Notes under the pieces: model-generated
Database searches by the model: none
Seen by the model: the letters and a program-made list of their open reading frames with translations, nothing else
What the model was told of the DNA's origin: nothing
Shown: one piece after another, positions 52,986-64,000 of the stretch
Layout: each line of letters opens with the position of its first letter
Position numbering within the stretch: position 1 is the first letter of the stretch
Position numbers and translations under genes: made by a program
Source of the DNA: Octopus sinensis
Taxonomy: Eukaryota
Assembly: GCF_006345805.1 (NCBI RefSeq)
Contig: NC_043003.1
Span: 91,636,001 to 91,700,000 of the forward strand
Reading direction: 5' to 3'
Length of the DNA stretch: 64,000 bases

Positions 52986-53944
52986 TAAAAATATTACTTA
53001 TTTTCCAATATTAATTGAATTCATTCATTCATTTTCAAATGAAATTTAATGTTTACAGTGTTGTGACTACAAAATTACAGACCAGCATCACGCTGGTTAC
53101 AGTTGACCTTATAACATAAGTAATTAACTTGTGGTTCTTTGCATGAAAAATTAGGATAAACAGCTCAACTTTCCAAATGCAATGAGATAGTTATAAATGA
53201 GTATAATTATCATACAAGCCAGAGTTCCTCATTTTCAGTCTTTGTGAAAATATGTCTGGTCATGGGGAAGTACAAATTTGCTTAGAAATAGGTAAGGATT
53301 GGTAACAAGATGGATATCTAACCGTAGAAAATCTGTGACAATGAAACCTATTTGACCCATACAAGCATGGAAAAGTGGACATCAAAATGGTTACACACAC
53401 ATCCTCCTTAACATCATTCAACATTCATGTTTCATCCTGGATGGGTTGGATGACTTGACAGGATCTGACACGTTCAAAGATTGCATCATGTTTCAATGTG
53501 TGTATATATATATATGATATAAACAAGATTCAGTTGAATAAGGTACTTAAAGTTGAGGCACCTAGTTAGGTTGGAATAAACTCCACACATAACAAAAATC
53601 TTTAGATGAATATCAACCTTGGTACACTAGTACTGGCAGAATGATATTTGGGTACTGTATGCAGTTAATTTGACCCAACTGAGTATCTAATCTGCTCTTG
53701 AGCTATTCAGACATGTACACTTTATAAGATATATAGTCCATAACATACTTCAGAACACATGAGGGGCATGTTCTTATGTATGCATATATGTATATGTGTG
53801 TGTGTGCGCATGTGTACATATAGTGTATGTTTTAGTTTAGATCACTTTAAAACAGCAAGGGTTGATATAAAAAGAGTTAAACAACTGTAATTTTTATTAA
53901 ACCCAGAAGAATCTGAATTCAGAATAGAATGAATGCTATACTAG

Positions 53945-54266
53945 TAAAGAGTAAAGACCCACTTCAGTCATGACTGACCATGGGATTGCATCTAGAAAGT
54001 TCTCCCCCAAGGCACATGTCTAGGCAAGGTTGTTTATGGAAGACTGGCAGTTGCCCATGCATACCAGCCTCCCCACGCCATACCACCAATGTTATCTAAG
54101 GGAAAGGCGAAGGGGCCTGATACAGCTTGGCACCAGTGACGTCGCATCTCATTTCTACAGCTGAGTGAACTGGAGCAACGTAAAATTGTCTTCCACAGGA
54201 ACACAGCACGGTCCGGGATTCGAACTCACTACCTCATGATTGTGAGTCTGATGCTCTAACCACTGG
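53945..54266 (-). mobile_element. SINE family C
   Basis: Minus-strand head ccagtggttagagc...gagttcgaatcccggacc with a B box. Confidence 0.75.
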
Positions 54267-55149
54267 TCTCACATTTAAAATAGTGAGTTGAGAAAAACTT
54301 CGATGAGATCCCTTGATGTATTTCTTCAGTAGTGAGTGGTAGATACTATCTTGTTACTTTCTCTGATGCACTGAAGTAGGGTTTGGCCTACTGGAAGCCT
54401 GTAAACAATGACACTTGTTTGCTAATTAGGGTTTGAATAAAAAGTAAAATAAGCCATCATCTCTCCTCCATGTACCACCACTCAACCTACCCATACATAC
54501 CGTGAGGTAGCACTGCATTTCTTCCTTCTCAATCCATCTTATCGCCCTTTTATCAGTTTCTGCTTTTCTCCCATTAATCCTCTGACACAACTTGTCAATT
54601 CACACCCTTATCACTAGCACTGCAATCAATAAACAAAAACTCCCTCTGAAAAGGTTTGAATTAAAAAAGAAAAACACATGGGAGGCTACTCTGATAGAAT
54701 CTACCAAGCGAAATCTTTAGAAAATAAATATCCCTTAGTTATTTTCCGTCAGACCTCTTTTCGAGTAAAATACCGTGAACCTACGTTCTACTAAGTATTG
54801 TCAAGTACAAACAAATATCCTTGACGTAATTTTATTGTTAAATGGTTCCATTGTAATCGTCAATGAAAAAGTAGCTGTTATATGATTGCTCAATTTGCTA
54901 AACATAGCAGCTAATCTGTCTCTTAAACCACTCCACTTTACACATTGGCTATAATGTAATCCCTATAAACACACACTGTCCTGGATAAAAAACGAAAAAA
55001 AAAACCGGATGGTCATGGTAGGAATGTCTTTGATTATATCTCTGTTCAATCAGGAATGATCTGGGGCTGCTCAACAACTCGAATATATCCAAGTGAAGAA
55101 GACGCACGTCGACGACCCGGTCTGTTAGCATTCCATCCTTTACTGTGGG

Positions 55150-55520
55150 TTCACGATAGATTAACATTAATATTTAATACAGGTGCACTGTCTGTTGCGC
55201 AGGTTAAGGGACTGCATCGTCCCCTTCGCTGCTGTCTCACATAATTCCATGTATTTATCAATTATTCACTACATATGTGCACCGTCGCCAGTTAGGTAAC
55301 CATGCCGTCACAAAACAAACATTGGTAATTATCACGGCTTTATAAAGATGTTGAATACGAACCCGAACCTCGTCCACACCGCCTTTTAAATGGTGCAGTC
55401 AATTTCTTTCAGATTCACAAACCTAACAAATGCGCGCACTGGGACCACTCTTCTTAAATAGTACCTATATTAAAGTGGTTCCAACCGTGACTACGCCGTC
55501 CTTTTTTGTTTTCTTCCAGA
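55150..55520 (-). promoter_or_regulatory. Candidate promoter or first-exon region of the ZNF gene
   Basis: Non-repeat, CpG-rich segment (tgcgcgca, accgcc, gactacgccg) upstream of the ZNF; exons not resolved. Confidence 0.35.
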
Positions 55521-56299
55521 CATAATATATCTAGACTCTATTTTCCAATGTATCCTTCCTTTTTCATTATAGTAGCATGTGATTTTAAAGAAATTTAGCA
55601 GCTACTTTTTGCAGAACTGTGTGTAAACGTAAATAAACAATGCATAACAACCCAGATCGGACGAAATATGAAGACAGCGAAATACTTACATAATTTGTTT
55701 ACCCCTTTTCCTTATAAAAATATCACCTATCTCAAATAAAGACTACATAATTGGACTTTATCGTTCGTTGTTAGTTAAGATATATAGACATTGTAATTAA
55801 ATGAGATGTTCATTGCAAACAGCACAAAGAACTCTTCGGTTGAAAGAAGGAAATAATTTATATTTTTTCGGTGAACAGCGAAAACAATCCATGATGGAAA
55901 GGAAATTATTTCAACTTAACAATTCAATAGATCTAAGATTACCTCAAATAAGGGTTTCTGATTTAGGTACAAGTTATTTTTAGGGGAAGGGGGTACATCA
56001 GTGTTTGACAGGTATTTTATCTGATTCCCCAAAGACAAAAGGTAAAGTGAACCTCGGCGGATTTTGAACTCGGAAAGTCAATATCTGAAATAAATAGCGG
56101 GTTCTTTCACGTTACCTTTTTAATGGCTTCAGATTTCGGTACATGGTTAAATATTTTGCATGTACATCGATATCATCGACCTCGGTACTTTATTTTATCG
56201 ACCTCGAAAAGCTAAAGCGGAATTTGAACTCGGAACAAATACTGCAAGGCAATCTTTCCGATACCCTAACGATTCTGCCAGCTTATCGCCTTAAGCTTA

Positions 56300-56357
56300 A
56301 GAACTTATTGTAGAAACTCCTTATTAGAGGTAATAAGGGGTTTCTACAATAAGTTCT
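56300..56357. repeat. Hairpin with 27 bp arms and a 4 nt loop
   Basis: agaacttattgtagaaactccttatta-gagg-taataaggggtttctacaataagttct; one T-G pair. Confidence 0.92.
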
Positions 56358-56450
56358 AAACTTATATTTTGCTGGAGGAAGCAGTCGATTATATCGAACA
56401 AGTATTTGACTAGGACTTTATATATCCTGGAAGGATGGAAAGCGATCTTG

Positions 56451-56859
56451 GATCTTTTCGGTTTGAACGGCAGTTTTTTAAAATAATTTCTATGTAACTA
56501 AAAAATTTTAAACTTCGTATACTGGTAGAATGTGTTTGTAAAATATCTTTTTCTCTTGACTTTATTGAGAAAATTCTATAGCTTGTAAGATATTTGTTGT
56601 TTTTTTCCCTTCAATTTCTACAATTTCAACCAATCAATGACGTCTATTGAGGTGAAAACATTCTGTGCCGTATGAATATGTCCCTCGTTTAAGAAACAGA
56701 TTGGGTTTATTTACATTTGTAAAGAAAAAAGATACCCTTCCTGCCACCCCTAACCCTAAAACAGATTGAAATGCAGTAGATCGATTCTAGGGTCATAATT
56801 ATGGGTGACAATTTCATATGACACCACTAGAAAAAACTGCCGTTCAAACCGAAAAGATC
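56451..56859. mobile_element. Young MITE with perfect 29 bp TIRs and a ~9 bp TSD, inserted in a SINE-A
   Basis: TIR gatcttttcggtttgaacggcagtttttt; flanks gcgatcttg / gcgaacttg. Confidence 0.9.
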
Positions 56860-57099
56860 TGCGAACTTGACTGTGATGGGATTTGAACTCAGGACTAAAG
56901 GGACATGTGGGCCCTGACCATTCTGCCAATACACCACGTGCAATAACAATTCTTAACATAGCTACAAAGTCATAAATTTCGGAGAAGTAGTTAATCAGGA
57001 TCTTTTCCGTTTGATAGCCAGATTTCAACACAATTTCTAGTTAACTAAACACTTTAAAAATTCGTATACTGGTAGAATGTATCAAAAGAAAACATTATT

Positions 57100-58695
57100 T
57101 TCATCCTTTTTCCATGCTGGCATGGGTTGGACGTTTTGACTGGAGACTGGCAAACCAGGAGGCCGCACCAAGCTCCAGACTGATCTGGCAATGTTTCTCC
57201 AGCTGGATGCCGTTCCTAACGCCAACCACTCTGAGAGTGTAGTGGGTGCTTTTTATGTGCCACCAGCATGGGAGCCAGTCAGGTGACACTGGTATCAGCC
57301 ACAACTACAATTTCCATTTGATGGTAATTTGATTTGATTTTGATTTTGCTTGACTCAATAGCTCTCCTCAAGTACAGCGTGTCACCTGACGATTCAAAGG
57401 TACTTTTTAAATGGGTCGGTTATGCAACACTGAAGTAGGCTACAGCTGTGATCTCACTTTACTTGCCGAGTCTTCTCAATCACAGCATATCTCCAGAGGT
57501 CTCGGTCTTTCGTCATTACCTCTGTGAGGCCCAACGTTTGAAGGTCATGCTTCACCACCTCATCCCATGTTTTCTTGGGTCTCCCTCTTCCACGGGTTCC
57601 TTCCAGTGTTAGGGAGTGACACTTCTTCATACAGCTCTCTTCATCCATACGCAGCACATGATCATACCAGTGCAGTTGTCTCTCTTGCATACCACATCTG
57701 ATGCTTATGTCCAACATTTCTCTCAGGGTGCTTGCACTTTGTCATGTATGCACACTGACATTACACATCCAGCGGATCATACTAGCTTCATTTTTTTCAA
57801 GCCTATGCATGTCAGAGCATCTGTGGTGTTTATTGCCCTTGTGCATCTGCTGCATGTGAAAGCTATCTTCCCTGTTAGTCTTCCTTTGATGTGGCTGCAC
57901 CTCTTATGTGTCCATAGCTTACACTGGGTACATCTTATGTCGTTTCTACCTACACCTTTTCTACAAATCGAGCAGGGCCATCTACCTGAAAGGGTTTGTG
58001 ATGTGTTCGCCTTCTTACCTACTAGGACTTTGGTTTCTGCAACATTGACTCTAAGGCCCTTCAATTCTAAATCTTGCTTCCACACCTGAAATTTCTTCTC
58101 TAGTTCTGGTCGTGATTTCACTATGAGAGAAAGGTCATCAGCATTGAGGAGCTCCCAGAGGCAACCTGTCTTGAATTCCTCTGTTATTACCTGGAGGACT
58201 ATGATGAATAAGAGGGGACTGAGGGCTGATTTTTGGTTAACTCCTATTTCTACTCAGAATTCTTCACTGTACTCATTGCTGACCCTTACCCTACTAACCG
58301 CATCCCTGTACAGGGCCTTACAGCTCTTATTAACCACTCATCAATCCCCAGTTTCTGCATTGCCCGGTAGATAAGGGATTAGAGGATGCTGTCAAAGGCT
58401 TTCTCCAAGTCAACAAAAGCCAAGTATAGGGGTTTATCTTTGGCTAGATATTTCTCCTGCAATTGCCATACCAGGAATATAGCATCAATGGTGCTTCTAC
58501 CTGTCACAAAACCGAACTACATCTCATCTAAGCAGACTCTATCCCTAATTAGTTGGGATATGACCCTCTCTGTGACCTTGATCTCCTGGTCCAGCAGTTT
58601 GATACACCTGTAGTTATTTCTATCTAAAGCATCACCTTTACCTTTGTGGCAGATGACTATGGTGCTGCTATGCCAGTCATTGTGTATGACTCCTT
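57100..58695 (-). mobile_element. RTE-clade LINE 3' fragment with internal deletion
   Basis: Collinear with 19545-21625; PHD-like block at 57843-57974. Confidence 0.92.
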
Positions 58696-60530
58696 CATGA
58701 ACTACTTAGTTTACAATACGGGTGACACAGGGCAGATTACTGGCGATCCCAAAGAATGTGCAGAAATCATTGCTGGATGCTATGCAGGCATCTTTACTGT
58801 CGAAGACCAAAATGTTCCATATTCATCACCTCTGACACCGGACTCTATATCTACTATAAAATTTACACCAGCAATGCTACAACGCCACCTTAAGAATAAA
58901 TGCAACTATGCCTCTCCTGGTCTTGATGGTGTTACATACCTACTTTTCAAACGCGGTGGGTACTTTCTTCTAAGCCAACTTTCTCTATTCTTCCAATTCT
59001 GTCTTGACAATGGTGCTACTCCAGAGCAGTAGAAAACTGCCAGTGTTATCCCCCTGTTCAAAAAAGGTGACCGCACATTGCCTGTCAACTATCGCCCCGC
59101 CCCGTTAGTCTTACTAGCTGCATCGCCAAAGTGATGGAATCCTGTGTCAGGGAAACCCTCTGGAGCTTCTGGAAGTCTCACAGCCTCATCCAGCCGTCAA
59201 AATTTGGATTTATTCCTAACTCCAGCTGCTGTAATCAACTCATCGAGTTTCTTGAGGACATTACCCGAATCACTGATAGCGGATCCTGAGTGGATGTTGT
59301 TTACCTGGACTTTGCTAAGGCTTTTAACTCTGTGCCACACAAAAGACTTATGGTGAAACTCTCTGCGTTGGGCATAAGAGACAATCTCTATAACTGGTTG
59401 AAGTCCTTAATTTTCAGCCGAAAAGAGGTTGTCACAGTTCTAGGACAGCACTCTTCACCCTATGAGATGACATCTGGTGTACCACAAGGATCTGTGCTTG
59501 GCTCCCTTTTATTTGTTGCATATGTTAATGACATAGATGTCAACTTAAAGAATGCCGCAGTGCTGAAATATGCAGATGACATCAAGCTGTACTTCGAAAT
59601 AAAGAGGTCAGATCCTGTACACTATAGATCTCTATTGCAAGCAGACCTGGACACAATGCAGCAGTGGATCATGGACTGGCAACTCAAGCTGGCTGTGGAC
59701 AAATGTACCACGATGCATTTTGGGAGGAAAAACCCTGCGTCTACTTATTCCCTCCACAACACTATTCTCAAAAAGTCTTCGTGTGAATGTGACCTGGGTG
59801 TTTTTGTCGACAGTGATTTGCGTTGGACAAAACACATTGCTAAAATTGCCAAGAAGGCTGAGGGTGTCTTGGCATCACTCACCAAGTCCTTTGTGAGCTG
59901 CTCTCCGGCTATCTATCTACGGCTTTATATAGCTATGGTAAGACCTCGCCTGGAATTTGCATCACTGGTCTGGAACCCCTATCTTGCCCAGGATATTAAT
60001 CATCTGGAAGCCGTTCAGTGACGTGCAACCAAAAGAATACCCTCCATCAGGCATTTGCCATATTCTGAACGCCTTACTTCCCTGGGCATGGACACATTGA
60101 AACTCCGATGTCTGGCAGCTGACTTGGCAGACACCCATAAAATTATTAACCATCTTACAAACAATAACTCTGAGCACCTTTTCAAACTCCACCTGTCTAA
60201 CACCCATGGACATATTTACAAAGTCAGAAAACAGCACAGCTCCCATGACTTTCAGAAACATTTTTTCATGCTGAGAGTTGCTGAAGCATGGAACAAACTG
60301 CTGGCATCAGTTGTTAGTCGTCAGAGCACTGCATCCTTCAAAACCTCCATGCTTCCTGAGATTCGCCAACACTACACCTGATTTTCTCCCCTCCATACAC
60401 ACGCAAGCATGTATCTGATTCATACACTGTTCACTTTCCAGACATTTGTACATTACTGCATATATTTTATACGCACTTTTTGACAAGTTGTGGTGCACCT
60501 GAGCACTGTATACAATAATTTCATTATTAT
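58696..60530 (+). mobile_element. CR1-like LINE, 5'-truncated, RT disrupted, (ATT)n tail
   Basis: SPGLDG, VNYRP, DVVYLDFAKAFNSVPH, GVPQGSVLG, KYADDIKL and DLGV motifs; stops at 59030 and 60019; frameshifts. Confidence 0.95.
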
Positions 60531-60542
60531 TATTTTTATACA

Positions 60543-60546
<4 letters not shown>

Positions 60547-60622
<76 letters not shown>
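60547..60622. repeat. (GA)n microsatellite
   Basis: Directly visible. Confidence 0.98.
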
Positions 60623-60624
<2 letters not shown>

Positions 60625-62105
60625 AGATAACTATGTATATGCTCTGCTAGAGAAGTAGATCTACTATGTTTTTCATATTTAAAAGAGTTTAAAGGCACAG
60701 AGTTTGTTTGATCAAGATTAACAGTAGCTCCAATATGAGCCTTTGTAGAGTTGTGGAGTTTATTAAGGACTGTGCACTTGGAGACCACATTAAACCTGCT
60801 GTTAGCTTGTAATGGGAATTTATTCCCAACTTTATAGATTCAATTGTAAAACTGAAAATTTTGGAGATTTTCCAGAGAAGTCACTACTCGTTACTTTTGA
60901 AATCTTTGAAGAGTCAGATGTCATTTTACCTGGAAAAAAACAAGGCAGTTATTAATAAGGGAAGTTGAAATTAATGCTTGCAAGATTTCACAGCTCTTGC
61001 ACCATTCCTTCATAGTCAGCATTTGAACTTTTTAGCCTATCCTCGTATACACACATATATATACATTCATATATATATATATGTGTGTGTGTATGTATGC
61101 TGGTGTGTTTATGTCCCTATAACATAGCGGTTTGGCAAAAGAGACTGATAGAATAAATACTAGGCTGACAAAGAATAAGTTCTGGGCTCGATATGCTCGA
61201 CTAAGGGCGGTGCTCCAGCATGGCCACAGTCAAATAACTGAAACAAGTAAAAGAAATATGTTCTCTACTAAAATGTATTGAATAATCTTTCACTTTAATG
61301 TTAGACCGTTTTTATGTATAGCTTGACATGGATACACACAAAAACACATACATACATTATAGGTTGTGGTTGTGTCTTGTCTTGACATCCCATGACAGTT
61401 GTAAACGAGTACCACCGTTTGCATGAGTGATGTTTTCTGTTTTCTGACTTCCAGGAAAAGTGTCTGGGCATGGGGAAATATCGCTTTGCTTGGAAACTAG
61501 TGATGATTAGTGACACGAAGGACCTCCGGCTGTGAAAAAGTGGGAATGAAGTTGATGATGATTATGGAATTAACTAAGCAAACAATTAGGTTTGTGTTTT
61601 TGTTTTGCAAGGTTCTTGGTGTGAAAACGTCTGTTGAAACAGATACGATACTGTGATACTTCGAGATGGTCATTTAAATTGTTTTTGATTAATCAAACAC
61701 ATGCACTATATATTTGATCTTCATTTTAGTTTTTAGTCATATTATTTTTAGTTTATACGTCTATCAAAGTTCTCTCGTCCCAAATTCCGCTAAAACCTCA
61801 TCAGGGATTCTCTGTCCAATGTTTCTCCTCTTGTCTTGCTTATTTCGTTTTTCTTCTGTTTTTAACAAACAGTATCCCACTTAAAAGACAAATCTCTCTA
61901 TATTGTGAATTTTACCCCTCTATATTTTGAATTCACATTTAGTTAATGGACCAAGGAAATAAATATTACGGAGATGTACTTGCATAGCAAGTGACCTGAT
62001 CTGAGATCGTGTGCTGGAACGAAAACAATTGCAGCGTGGAAGGTGTTTATAACTATTTAAGAAACACACAAAAACCGTTAGATTCACTTCAACATTTAAA
62101 TTTAA

Positions 62106-62156
62106 TCTGCCAAAATATTTTCGTCGCTTTGAGACTGCGACCTGTTCACTGACAAA
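62106..62156 (-). ncRNA. Minimal type I hammerhead ribozyme with G3-C8 swapped core, in a repeat spanning ~61950-62180
   Basis: TTTGTCA-GTGAACA-G-GTCGC agtctcaaa GCGAC-GAAA-ATATT-T-TGGCAGA. Confidence 0.6.
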
Positions 62157-62589
62157 ATTCTGTGATGCAGCACGGAATTTTGAAATAAATATTCATAATT
62201 AGAAATAATTTATCATCTAAAACTGTGGGGAGAAAACTTGCTTCTTGTGCCTAACCAAGGAAATTAAATTACTAAAGACAAATTTCGAAATATTTACTCG
62301 TAAGCAAATGGGAAATAATTCGTTAGTCTTTAAGAGTTATTTCCCTTTAAACGTTTCGCTTTGGTCACAAATTCTTTTGGCTGAGTAGTACAGGATGCTC
62401 ATAAATTGCTTTTACAGTTTGAAAAATAAGGATAACGCAGCAGAATTTATTGGAAGACATAGATAAACAAATAACAGGTAAAACTAAGTGAATAAAATGA
62501 TATTGCAAAATCCTGGTTTCTTTGGGGTACCCTTTCGTACACAAACACACACACACACACACCACACACACACACACGCATACATACGT

Positions 62590-63722
62590 AACACCTTCAA
62601 AGTATTCTCCATTTGAAGTAATACATTAGTTCAGATACGTTTTCCAATGAAGCAGTCCAGGAACCCTTGTGGAGTGATGCCTTTTAACGCCTCCATCGTT
62701 TTTCTTCACCAGTTCCACATCTGCAAAACGTTTTCCTTAAAGGACTTTTTCATTTGGGGAACCAAAAAAGAAAAAAAAATTCACAAGGAGCAAGATTGGG
62801 TTAATAGGGAGGATGGATAAGTTAGGTTATGCCATTTTTGGTCAAAAACTGTCTCACACTCAGGGCAGTGTGTGTAGGTACATTGTCCTGATGAAACCAC
62901 CACTCTCCACTTTGCCCCAGGTCGGGGTGTTTTTGTCTCATCATGTCTCTCAAATGCCTCAGAACTGTCAAGTAAAATGTCTGGCGAACAGTTTGACCAG
63001 GAGGAACAAATTCTCTGTGAACAAAGCATCATCTTCATATCAGACTTCACTTGACATGCTTTTTTGGGGTGTGATGACATCAAATGCTTCCATTGACTTG
63101 ATTGCTGCTTCGTAGCACCAGATTTTGTCACCAGTGATGACCTTTGAAAAAAGGGCTGGATCAACTTTCAACTGTTCTTTCAGTTCATGACACACATTCA
63201 GTCATGACTGCTGTTGAGCTTCCATGAGCTGCAACTCTTTTCATTCGCAACTCCTTGCTCATAATTCGCTGGCAGGAGCTCCAGGACACACCAGTCATAT
63301 CAACAAGTTCATCAATTGTTTGGCAACGGTCCTCCAAGATCAGTTCATAAATTTTTGTGCTGTTTTCATTCATTCAGGAGGTTGACAGTTGCCCTAAATG
63401 AGGTTGGTCGCCAAGTGACACGTGATCATTCCTAAAGCTGTTTGAGGCATAGCAACTGTTTCAGCCACTTTTTTTCCTGGCAGAAAACAGAATTTCATGG
63501 AAGCATACTGTTCCTTTGTTTCAGCCATCACAAAAATTGCCAAACAGGGGAGAAGCACTACAAAACAAAGATGCACCACGTGGCAGTATGACATTATTCA
63601 ATGATGACTGTCAGCAGACTGATGCCTGAAGGTCACATCAAGTGGCTTCTAGTGGTGGAAACCTGAACTACAACAGGCTTGTCCCACAGAGAACGTTTCC
63701 AGTTACTTTTGGTTCTTCCTTG
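62590..63722 (-). mobile_element. mariner element relic, left TIR present, catalytic part deleted
   Basis: TA + caaggaagaaccaaaagtaactggaaac TIR; MAETKEQYASMKFCF; HTH ILEDRCQTIDELVDMTGVSWSSCQRIM; SKVITGDKIW. Confidence 0.9.
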
Positions 63723-64000
63723 TATATATATATGTAAGTGCGAGTATGTGTGTATGTTTGCGTCTCCTTCTCTTTGTCTTGACACTGCATGATGTCAAGA
63801 CAAGGAGACACCACATGTTGTAAATGAGTTTCACTGTCATACAAGCAGTGTCATTCATTTCAAGTATTCTGTGGAAACATGCCTGGTCATGGGGTATATT
63901 ACCTTGCATAGAAACGGTTGAAAGCTGATGACAAGAATGGTATCCAACCATAGAAAATCTGACTCACAAAAGCATGGATAAGTGGACATTAAATGATGAT

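Noticed and set aside
56748-56759. Telomeric repeat as an interstitial telomere
   Set aside because: Only two units, internal to a MITE.
61765-61810. CCTGATGAGG motif in a Penelope-like terminal segment (minus strand)
   Set aside because: No proper stem II or GAAA; possibly a degenerate hammerhead, but not supportable.

Overview
Eukaryotic, very AT-rich and microsatellite-rich DNA. The SINE/LINE families, the long (TA)n arrays and the effector-less multi-C2H2 gene point to a coleoid cephalopod, most likely Octopus (inference from recognised repeat types, not a database hit). Two host genes converge tail-to-tail. (1) A 4E-BP/Thor gene on the + strand, with coding exons at 23882-24049 and 31151-31188; its first coding exon was not found and probably lies upstream of the window. 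(2) A 633-aa, 21-finger C2H2 gene on the - strand, coded in one exon (48087-49988). The rest is decayed mobile DNA: RTE, CR1, R4/Dong-like and Penelope retroelements, mariner relics, several MITE families (including TTAA-flanked piggyBac-like ones) and at least three tRNA-derived SINE families, often nested. The most unusual signal is three sequence-unrelated short repeats that each fold into a minimal type I hammerhead ribozyme of the Penelope/retrozyme type. One lies behind a tRNA-like Pol III promoter and one carries a G3-C8 swapped catalytic core. There are also three long near-perfect inverted repeats. No CRISPR array, rRNA or bona fide tRNA gene was seen. Repeat boundaries are approximate unless TIRs or TSDs are quoted.
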